Position numbers and translations under genes: made by a program. This document shows, piece after piece, positions 57,251-64,000 of a stretch of DNA of 64,000 bases. A model generated the notes under the pieces. The model did not search any database and had not been told where the DNA came from. It saw only the letters and a program-made list of their open reading frames with translations. This DNA comes from an uncultured bacterium. GTDB taxonomy: Bacteria; Acidobacteriota; DATKUA01. The stretch spans positions 12,372 through 76,371 of the forward strand of contig CBFCZO010000003.1 of the NCBI GenBank assembly GCA_965602675.1. Reading direction: 5' to 3'. Each line of letters begins with the position of its first letter. Positions within the stretch are counted from its first letter, which is position 1.

Positions 57251-58579
57251 TCAGGAGATTTTTTTACGGGTCTTTAGTTCCTGCACTACCGCATCGGGCA
57301 CACCCGCCTGCAACAATGCCCGAGCTTTAACGTGGACATCATCCCGCTTCTTCTCGGCGAGGACTTTTTCGATAACCTGCTTGTGTTTTTCCAGGAGCAC
57401 TTCAATGATCCTGCGCTTGTTCTTTCCCGCTTGCCGGATCGCCATGTTGATCGTAGCTATCTTGCGGTAGAGCATCTGCTCGTCGTGTGTCCTGAGGCTG
57501 CGCGAACGGCGGCTGTCGCCGATGCGGCGTTGCAATTCCTGCTTGTTTTCCAGCCCGCTTTTATAGATCTCAGCGATGAAGCGTAGCGCCCGCTCGTACT
57601 GATTGATGCGCATCAGCATTTCGATGATCAGGCCAAGGATGACCATGCTTTTCTCGATGCTCTGGAAAGAGGTTTCGTGGTTGAAACAGTACTCGAATGC
57701 GTCGACGGCCATCCTCAGGCAGAGTCCCTCGCGCAGGGGGATTTCGGGCCAGAGTTGCTTTATCGATTTTAGGAATCCGTCGAGGTCTGTGGGTGGTTCC
57801 TCCGAGGGCTGCGGTGGCAGGCTGAAATCACCTCGGTCATCCTGCGCCACGGCGCTCTGAAACATGATGAGCAGGATATCGAGTTCCTCGAGTTTGTCCG
57901 AAAGAGATGCCACCACGGGAGCGTAAGGATTCTCTCCGCCCTCTGCGGGGATCCCCAGTTCTGCCGAACGGTCGACGGCCGCCGCGCGGGCTTCGATGAC
58001 AGCCTCCGTGAGCGTTGCGATGCGGTTTTCCAGCAAGGCGGTACTCTCGTGGAGCCTCGATAGCGGACCGCTCTCGGAATGTTCTGTCTCCCTGCCTCCG
58101 GCGCGCTCGCGGAAAAGCCAGGCCAGCCTCAGCGCCAGCCGGCCGAGCCTGTAGTGGTCGATGCGTTCCGTGTCGGGGAGGGAAGCGACCCATAGGGCTG
58201 CCAGATGCAACGCCACAGCCCCCTTGTAATCAGTCTCTCCCTGCGGGACCAGCTCACGCAGTTTATTCAGTATTTTTAGCTTTTCACCGGAGATATTCTT
58301 GAATGCGTCGACAAGATACTCTTCCTTAAAGCTACCTTCGGGGCTCTCGATCTTCTCGGTGAAATCGGCAAAGAGGCATTCGGGGCACTGCCACACCGCG
58401 TAGTAGTGCGGCACGATCCCTTCGAGCACGGCCTGAGACCAGCGGTAGGTGGTGACGTGAAGGTCGGATTCGCGCGCCACCGCGGTGTAGAATTTGGGAT
58501 CGGGATAGCGTATGGCATGGTGCCCGCCGCAAGCTGGGCATTTCCTCTCTTTACGTATGAATGCCTTTTTTAGGGACAT
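57251..58579 (-). CDS. zinc-ribbon / TPR-like protein, DUF2225-like (paralog B)
   Basis: CPAC...CPEC with VPHYYAVWQCPECLFAD, ALRLAWLFRE, CLRMAVDAFEY and IYKSG. GGAGGGG SD before the ATG. Confidence 0.55.
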   Translation of the reverse strand: MSLKKAFIRKERKCPACGGHHAIRYPDPKFYTAVARESDLHVTTYRWSQAVLEGIVPHYYAVWQCPECLFADFTEKIESPEGSFKEEYLVDAFKNISGEKLKILNKLRELVPQGETDYKGAVALHLAALWVASLPDTERIDHYRLGRLALRLAWLFRERAGGRETEHSESGPLSRLHESTALLENRIATLTEAVIEARAAAVDRSAELGIPAEGGENPYAPVVASLSDKLEELDILLIMFQSAVAQDDRGDFSLPPQPSEEPPTDLDGFLKSIKQLWPEIPLREGLCLRMAVDAFEYCFNHETSFQSIEKSMVILGLIIEMLMRINQYERALRFIAEIYKSGLENKQELQRRIGDSRRSRSLRTHDEQMLYRKIATINMAIRQAGKNKRRIIEVLLEKHKQVIEKVLAEKKRDDVHVKARALLQAGVPDAVVQELKTRKKIS

Positions 58580-58665
58580 TGCCGCCCCTCCGAGACGTGC
58601 AAATGAAAGAGTAGTCCCGGGCAGCCGGGGGAGACCATGCGATTGGTCACAAAATCATGAGGATT

Positions 58666-59178
58666 CTATTTCATCGCAATACAGCTGATCTCGATTCGAA
58701 AATCTCTTGCCAGGGCCTTGACCGCAACGCACGCACGCGCAGGGGGATTCTCATGGAAGTAACTGACATAAACCCGGTTCATCGCGTCGTAATCGGCCAT
58801 GTCGGCCAGGAATACTGTTGCCCTTACTACGTCGGTCATTTCGAAGCCGGCTTCCTCGACCAGGCGCTTAATGTTATCCAGGACCTGTGCGGTCTCGGCC
58901 TCGATGCTGTCGCGCACCTCGTTGCCGTCGGGGTCGTTCGCAATCTGCCCGGAAACATAAAGTGTGTTGCCGACCTTGACGGCCGGGCTGAACGGCCTGC
59001 CGGAGGATGATCCGCCGATTACCTCTCTCTCAGCAACCGGTTCCGCCTGGGCGGGGATCATATCCGATTCCGCCCGGCTTGTTTCGCTCTCCTCGAACGA
59101 TCTGCTTATGTATATATAGCCGAACACAAGACAACCGAGTAAAAACAAAACGATTGCCGCAACTACCGCCGGTCTCAT
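58666..59178 (-). CDS. RidA/YjgF-family protein with N-terminal membrane anchor
   Basis: The C-terminal ~125 aa (PFSPAVKVGNTLYVSGQI...RATVFLADMADYDAMNRVY...PARACVAVKALAR...IEISCIA) are canonical RidA. The N-terminus MRPAVVAAIVLFLLGCLVFGYIYI is a TM or signal anchor. Confidence 0.8.
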   Translation of the reverse strand: MRPAVVAAIVLFLLGCLVFGYIYISRSFEESETSRAESDMIPAQAEPVAEREVIGGSSSGRPFSPAVKVGNTLYVSGQIANDPDGNEVRDSIEAETAQVLDNIKRLVEEAGFEMTDVVRATVFLADMADYDAMNRVYVSYFHENPPARACVAVKALARDFRIEISCIAMK

Positions 59179-59289
59179 TGATAGCCCCCTTTCCGCGATT
59201 TGTTAGCCTGTCGGACATTTGAGTTCCCTTGATTCTATCCTACCATGTTTTACCGTTGGCTTGCCGAAGTGTGTAAGTCGACCGAACAG

Positions 59290-59314
59290 AAAAAACCCCG
59301 GGCGGAGCCCGGGG
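59290..59314 (-). terminator. rho-independent terminator downstream of the PDZ-protein gene
   Basis: Stem CCCCGGGC (59296-59303), loop GGA, stem GCCCGGGG (59307-59314). On the minus strand it is followed by TTTTTT (plus-strand A-run 59290-59295). Confidence 0.7.
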
Positions 59315-59337
59315 TCAAAATGAGAGGGTATTGTGAA

Positions 59338-60576
59338 TCAGATGACCACGCGGACGCGGTCGGATTTTAACTTTTTCACCTTCTCCAGCTTCTCCTCGAT
59401 TTTACTCTTGAGCTTCTCCCGCTGCTCCTTCTGGTAGGCTTCGTATTCATCGCTGTCGATGTAGGTCTCGAATTCCTCAACGGAGTCAAACTCCTTGTCA
59501 TTGAAGATAACCTTACCGTCGGGATCGATCCTCAGGTGGAACCTGAACGTTTCACCAAGCGGATCAATGTCGATCATGAAGGGAGGTACGGGGTGTTCGG
59601 GAATAAGGATATCAAAATCGGGAATGTCGAAATCAATGTGGTAGTCGAAGTCGTGGATATTGATGTCGATGTCCTCTAACCTTTCCAGCTTCATACTCAA
59701 GGCGTCCATTCTCATGTCCAGACCCTCGAGAGCCGGGGCCAGGCGCTCGTGGATTCTGGGCACAACTACATCCCAGCTCCCCGAATCCTTCTTCTGAGGT
59801 GCGACGTTGAATGTCATTCGCTGGCTTTTACGGACAACTTCTACTGCGATTGTTTCTCCCTCCTCGCCCTTGAACTTCCAGATCGCTTCTCGCAAGTCGG
59901 AGCCATTATCGATTGATCTGCCGTCGATGCTGACGATCACATCGCCGGCCATAAGACCTGCCTTCTCGGCCCCGCTGTCTTCGAAAACTTCGGTAATCAG
60001 AACGCCTTTGCCGCTCTCGACACCGAAGTATTCTCCGAGCTGTTTATTGAGATCCTGGTAGTTGATGCCGATCCAGGGCCGTTTTAACAACGCTGCGATC
60101 TGGGGCCGAACGATAACGCGCTGATCTACATGCGGACGGGCCTTAAGGAAGGCTGAATATTTCAGGTATGTCTTTTTCTTTTTGAGGGTAACGGTAAGCG
60201 TCTGGCGCTCGCCATTACGGTAGAATGTTACCGCAATCTTGTCGTCGGGTTTGTGGCTTTTGATTATTTCAGCTAGTTCGTCGGTGGATTTTACGGCCTT
60301 GCCGTCGATTTCCACGATCACGTCGCCGTTGCGGATTCCGGCGTCATAAGCGGCGCTCCTGCCGCTCACCCCGGCGATGTAGGCTCCTTCGGTCGCCGGC
60401 AGGTCGAGCCTTTCAGCAGTATTCTTGGTTACATCCAGGGCGAAGACGCCAAGCTCCGCCCTTGCCTCTTCCTTGTCCTCTTCCTCCTGGGCCAGGACGG
60501 CCTGGTGGAACACCCACGCGCCTGTGACGGCCAGGCCGGCGACGGCCAGAAGGATTAACAAAACTCTTGAGCGCAT
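59338..60576 (-). CDS. secreted protein with two PDZ domains, no protease domain
   Basis: Signal peptide MRSRVLLILLAVAGLAVTGA. Two PDZ-like segments are present (AYDAGIRNGDVIVEIDGKAV and AEKAGLMAGDVIVSIDGRSI). The C-terminal region is acidic and Asp-rich. GGAGG SD. Confidence 0.7.
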   Translation of the reverse strand: MRSRVLLILLAVAGLAVTGAWVFHQAVLAQEEEDKEEARAELGVFALDVTKNTAERLDLPATEGAYIAGVSGRSAAYDAGIRNGDVIVEIDGKAVKSTDELAEIIKSHKPDDKIAVTFYRNGERQTLTVTLKKKKTYLKYSAFLKARPHVDQRVIVRPQIAALLKRPWIGINYQDLNKQLGEYFGVESGKGVLITEVFEDSGAEKAGLMAGDVIVSIDGRSIDNGSDLREAIWKFKGEEGETIAVEVVRKSQRMTFNVAPQKKDSGSWDVVVPRIHERLAPALEGLDMRMDALSMKLERLEDIDINIHDFDYHIDFDIPDFDILIPEHPVPPFMIDIDPLGETFRFHLRIDPDGKVIFNDKEFDSVEEFETYIDSDEYEAYQKEQREKLKSKIEEKLEKVKKLKSDRVRVVI

Positions 60577-60756
60577 CTCCTACCTCCTCGTGAGGGATAC
60601 CGCCGGTGCTGCAATCCCCGCGTACGTGCGCCGGCGTGTTATACAAGTGGCTGCAGATAGGACGTTTGATACGGCGGAAGGTGTACACAGAATCTCCACA
60701 TGTATACATTTGTTTTTACGGCAAAATCGATTATTGATATCGGGCGGGAGGAGCTG

Positions 60757-61329
60757 TCAGTCTGCCAACTTGCGATTGACTCTGTTCATCACCAGTTTTG
60801 TGTCGCTGGTAACAAGATCCATTACGGCGATCACAGCTTCTTCGATGGTTTGTTCCAAGGTCTGCATTTCTTCTTCGTCGAATGGTTGGAGAACGTACGC
60901 CACGCTATCCGGCGGCTTGGGATCGTGCCCGATGCCGAGCCGCAGCCGCACGAAATCGCTCCCGCCCAGCTCCCGGATAATTGATATCAACCCCTTGTGT
61001 CCGGCGTGGCCCCCGGCCACCTTGAGCTTGATTCGACCGAAAGGAATGTCCAGATCGTCGTGTAGCACCACCAAGTCGTCGACCTCCAGCTTTTGCGATT
61101 TCATCAGATTCGCTACGGCTATCCCGCTGTGATTCATGTAAGTCAGCGGACGGCAGAGAAGGAAATCATTGCCTCTGTGGGAGGCTATAACCAACTCGTA
61201 CGACGGGGTTGCAGAGCGCCCCCGGACCCTCACGCGGTCTTCCACCTGATCCGCCACGAGCCATCCGTAGTTGTGGCGGGTGAACTCGTACTTGGGTCCC
61301 GGATTGCCGAGGGCAACAAAAGCGTGCAT
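60757..61329 (-). CDS. pth: peptidyl-tRNA hydrolase
   Basis: N-terminus ALGNPGPKYEFTRHNYGW, with HDDLD and GGHAGHKGL motifs. Confidence 0.92.
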   Translation of the reverse strand: MHAFVALGNPGPKYEFTRHNYGWLVADQVEDRVRVRGRSATPSYELVIASHRGNDFLLCRPLTYMNHSGIAVANLMKSQKLEVDDLVVLHDDLDIPFGRIKLKVAGGHAGHKGLISIIRELGGSDFVRLRLGIGHDPKPPDSVAYVLQPFDEEEMQTLEQTIEEAVIAVMDLVTSDTKLVMNRVNRKLAD

Positions 61330-61415
61330 AACTCCCCCGCACTAATTAGATGGAAACGCGGACCCGGCAAGCCGGGCCCGCGGTGAAGATCATGATGCAG
61401 CCTGCGGTGCGGTTG

Positions 61416-62090
61416 TTACTCCGTCGGGCTCTCTTCCGATTCCGCCTCAGCTTCTTCAGCACCCTCTGCAGGCGCCTCGGCGGCTTCCTCAGCGGCTTCT
61501 TCCTCGACAAGTTCCTCCTCGATCTTACGCGGAGGTGCGAGGTGCAGAACAACCGCCTCGGATTCCTCAAGCATGGTCACCTTATCGGGAATAATAAGGT
61601 CTTCGACGCGAACGTGTTCGCCGATCACCATATCAGAGATATCGACAGGTATCGACTCCGGAATATCGCCGGGCAGGCACTCAACCTTGATTTCCCGCAT
61701 GACGAAGTCGAGCGTTCCACCCTGGTCCTTTACGCCTGGCGCAACACCCTCGGTGGTGATGGCCACGTTTACCTCAACCAGCCTGTCCGCATGCACGCGG
61801 AAGAAACTGATGTGCAGGAAGTCGTGCGTCACCGGGTCGAGCTGGTACTCCTTGATCATTACCAGAGGTTTTTGTTCCTCACCCTCGATATCGATGTTGA
61901 AGATCGTGTTGAATCCCGATTCCGAGTGGATAACCTTCTCGAGTTCCTTGTTTGAGAAGCTTACCGGGGTGGTCTCTCCGCTGCGCCCGAAGATGATACC
62001 GGGCAAGAGGCCGCTGCTACGCAGCCTCCGCATCTTGTTCTTGCCGGTTTCCTCGCGCAGTAGCGCTTTCATTGTGATTTCTTGTGCCAT
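61416..62090 (-). CDS. rplY: 50S ribosomal protein L25 / general stress protein Ctc
   Basis: The N-terminal L25 fold has LRSSGLLPGIIFG. The Ctc-type C-terminal domain ends in an acidic tail. It sits in the canonical position between prs and pth. Confidence 0.9.
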   Translation of the reverse strand: MAQEITMKALLREETGKNKMRRLRSSGLLPGIIFGRSGETTPVSFSNKELEKVIHSESGFNTIFNIDIEGEEQKPLVMIKEYQLDPVTHDFLHISFFRVHADRLVEVNVAITTEGVAPGVKDQGGTLDFVMREIKVECLPGDIPESIPVDISDMVIGEHVRVEDLIIPDKVTMLEESEAVVLHLAPPRKIEEELVEEEAAEEAAEAPAEGAEEAEAESEESPTE

Positions 62091-62143
62091 CGCTGCTATT
62101 CCATCCTAATGCAGTTTATTTGTCCGCCGTGAAGCAGCTCCGT

Positions 62144-63088
62144 TTATATAAACAGGGAACTGACGGAAGTTTCCTCGTGAATGCTCTTTATCGCATCGCC
62201 CAGCAACTCAGCCACCGAAAGCTGTTCGATCTTTTCGCACTTGCGCGCGGCTTCGTTCAGCGGGATCGAATTGCTGACGATCACCTTCTCGATTTTGGAA
62301 TTCTCGATGCGCTCTATCGCGTTACCGCTGAGTACGGGATGCGCGGCAGCCGCCATCACGCTGTCCGCACCCTCCTCGACGAGCGCTTTGGCAACCTTGG
62401 TGAGCGTACCGGCGGTGTCGATCATATCGTCTACGATAATAGCTCGCCTGCCCCGCACTTCGCCGATCACGTGCATGATATCGGCCACGTTCGGGCTGCT
62501 GCGCCGCTTGTCGATGATCGCCAGGGAGGAATCGAGTCGTTTAGCGATCGCCCTTGCCCTCTCAACTCCGCCGCTGTCGGGTGAAACAATCACCATGCTG
62601 GGGATATTGAGTTCCTGTATGTGACGTACCAGTACGGGGGATGCGAACAGGTGGTCCACCGGGATGTCGAAGAATCCCTGAATCTGAGGAGCGTGCAAAT
62701 CCATTGTGAGAATTCTGTCAGCACCGGTCGCCTCGAGAAGATTGGACACCATCTTGGAGCTTATCGGCACTCTGGGGCGGTCTTTGCGATCCTGCCGCGC
62801 GTAGCCGAAGTAGGGCATAACCGTCGTGACGCGTTTCGCCGACGCCCGCTTGAAGGCGTCGATCATGATCAGCAGCTCCATCAGGGTAGTGTTTACCGGA
62901 TGGCAAGTCGGTTGCACGATGAAGACGTCCCGACCGCGGACGTTCTCAAGGATCTGGCAGTGGACCTCGCCGTCGCTGAAAGTAGTCAGCAGAATATCGC
63001 CCTGGGGGATGGCCAGGTGTTCGCAAATTGCTGCAGCCAGCTCCGGATTGGCGCTGCCCGAGAAGACCTTCAGCTTGCCGTTGCTCAT
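62144..63088 (-). CDS. prs: ribose-phosphate pyrophosphokinase
   Basis: KVFSGSANPELA, YFGYARQDRK, DLHAPQIQGFFDIPVDHL and the PRPP loop IIVDDMIDTAGT. ATG 63088 follows GGAG/GGAGG. Confidence 0.93.
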   Translation of the reverse strand: MSNGKLKVFSGSANPELAAAICEHLAIPQGDILLTTFSDGEVHCQILENVRGRDVFIVQPTCHPVNTTLMELLIMIDAFKRASAKRVTTVMPYFGYARQDRKDRPRVPISSKMVSNLLEATGADRILTMDLHAPQIQGFFDIPVDHLFASPVLVRHIQELNIPSMVIVSPDSGGVERARAIAKRLDSSLAIIDKRRSSPNVADIMHVIGEVRGRRAIIVDDMIDTAGTLTKVAKALVEEGADSVMAAAAHPVLSGNAIERIENSKIEKVIVSNSIPLNEAARKCEKIEQLSVAELLGDAIKSIHEETSVSSLFI

Positions 63089-63125
63089 AACCTCCAATCT
63101 CCGTTGGCTTTTCTATCAATACTGC

Positions 63126-63199
63126 TTGGCTGGGGCGGGAGGATTCGAACCTCCGATGCAGGATCCAAAGTCCCGTGCCTTACCTCTTGGCCACGCCCC
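63126..63199 (-). tRNA. tRNA-Gln (anticodon UUG), CCA encoded
   Basis: The reverse complement folds as acceptor TGGGGCG/CGCCCCA, D-arm GCC-AAGAGGTAA-GGC, anticodon arm CGGGA-CTTTGGA-TCCTG, T-arm GGAGG-TTCGAAT-CCTCC, then discriminator G and CCA. It is very similar to E. coli tRNA-Gln as I recall it. Confidence 0.88.
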
Positions 63200-63280
63200 A
63201 ACCGTAGATCGCCGGAAACGAATAGTCGGGTCTATGGAAGGCCTTCGTGACCCGTTTTCAATTGCCGATAGTTAATACGG

Positions 63281-63613
63281 TCAGCCCGCGCTAAGTCCTT
63301 CCTCTTCGGCTGCATTTCCCTGCTCCACGGGAATATCTGCGGGCGCGCCGCTGGGCTCCGTCTCCAGGACATTGTTGTACTCGTCAATGATCGCTCGCTC
63401 CATCTTGCCTCGCATCTCGCTGTTGAGCGGGTGGGCGATGTCGCGGAACTTGCCGTTCTTGCCTTTCTTCGAAGGCATGGAGAGGAACAATCCGTTATTG
63501 CCATTAATGATCTTGATGTCACTTACGATAAAACAGTCGTCAAAAACGACGGATACGAATGCCTTAAGTTTGTCCTCTTCAACCGGGAAAACGCGAATCT
63601 CGGTGATCTCCAT
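63281..63613 (-). CDS. spoVG: septation/regulatory protein SpoVG
   Basis: MEITEIRVFPVEEDKLKAFVSVVFDDCFIVSDIKIING..GLFLSMPS is the canonical SpoVG N-terminus. Confidence 0.9.
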   Translation of the reverse strand: MEITEIRVFPVEEDKLKAFVSVVFDDCFIVSDIKIINGNNGLFLSMPSKKGKNGKFRDIAHPLNSEMRGKMERAIIDEYNNVLETEPSGAPADIPVEQGNAAEEEGLSAG

Positions 63614-63670
63614 AACTCTACCCCCTCTCTCCCTCTCGCCCTGGCTGTGCAGCAGGGGATTACAGGAGTC

Positions 63671-64000
63671 TCATGCCTCCCGTTTCCGCGCGATGACGAA
63701 CTGTCTGCGGAAATCCCTTTTCGTCAAAGAGCTGCATGTGATGGCTCCGACTCCTCGTGCCCGGAACTGCTCGGCTGCCAGCTCGGTGGTGATCCGATCA
63801 TCGAACTTTCCGACTACCACCGGCCCGCTGCCACTCATTGCTGTCTCGATCGCTCCGGCCTCAAGTAACCCGTCCTTGAGGATTGCCAGCTCTGGGTGGG
63901 TGCGAAAAACGCTCCTCTCCAGATCGTTTTGCCAACTCATCCCGGACGATATGGATTCCCCGAGCGACAAGCGTTGCGTACTATCGCTGATTTGCTGCCC
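63671..64000 (-). CDS. ispE: 4-diphosphocytidyl-2-C-methyl-D-erythritol kinase, C-terminal part (runs off the window)
   Basis: The frame stays open to nt 64000. GHMP-kinase motif 3 is MSGSGPVVVG. ispE-spoVG-prs synteny supports the call. Confidence 0.7.
   Translation of the reverse strand, partial: GQQISDSTQRLSLGESISSGMSWQNDLERSVFRTHPELAILKDGLLEAGAIETAMSGSGPVVVGKFDDRITTELAAEQFRARGVGAITCSSLTKRDFRRQFVIARKREA

Overview
This is a high-GC (about 60% by eye), 64-kb chromosomal segment. It comes from a diderm bacterium that uses sigma-54, since Lpt genes, a FadL-type outer-membrane protein and RpoN are all present. I cannot assign a taxon by eye. Coding density is very high. I call 62 CDS, one tRNA-Gln(UUG), four intrinsic terminators, one sigma-70-type promoter and one homopolymer tract. 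I found no rRNA, CRISPR array, transposase, integrase, phage, toxin-antitoxin or recognisable defence genes.

The content is mainly housekeeping, with four conserved syntenies:
- (LptC/LptA-like)-lptB-rpoN-hpf-ptsN-hprK-EIIA(Man)-ptsH-ptsI
- ispE-spoVG-tRNA-Gln-prs-rplY-pth
- atpZ-atpI-atpB-atpE, a split atp operon with no F1 genes nearby
- symporter-tmk-holB

Other recognisable genes include polA, nadB, maeB, queA, suhB, an ADP-forming acetyl-CoA synthetase, sugar-nucleotide and glycosyltransferase genes, and a DppBC-type permease pair. Many adjacent genes are joined by ATGA, GTGA or TTGA stop/start overlaps.

I do not see a clear-cut, self-contained novel system. The most unusual items are:
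- a single 782-aa LptC-anchor plus multi-LptA-like polypeptide in the lptC/lptA slot
- tandem, enlarged zinc-ribbon/TPR (DUF2225-like) paralogs in an operon with a membrane-anchored RidA
- a secreted chalcone-isomerase-like protein paired with a FadL channel, preceded by a G14 tract at the ribosome-binding position
- a translationally coupled unknown-protein / SBP-like / NtrY-type histidine kinase module with no response regulator
- an AmgK-like kinase coupled to orphan peptide-type ABC permeases

All functional calls rest on motif recognition by eye and on gene context. No database search was run, and family names and DUF numbers are recalled from memory and need HMM confirmation.
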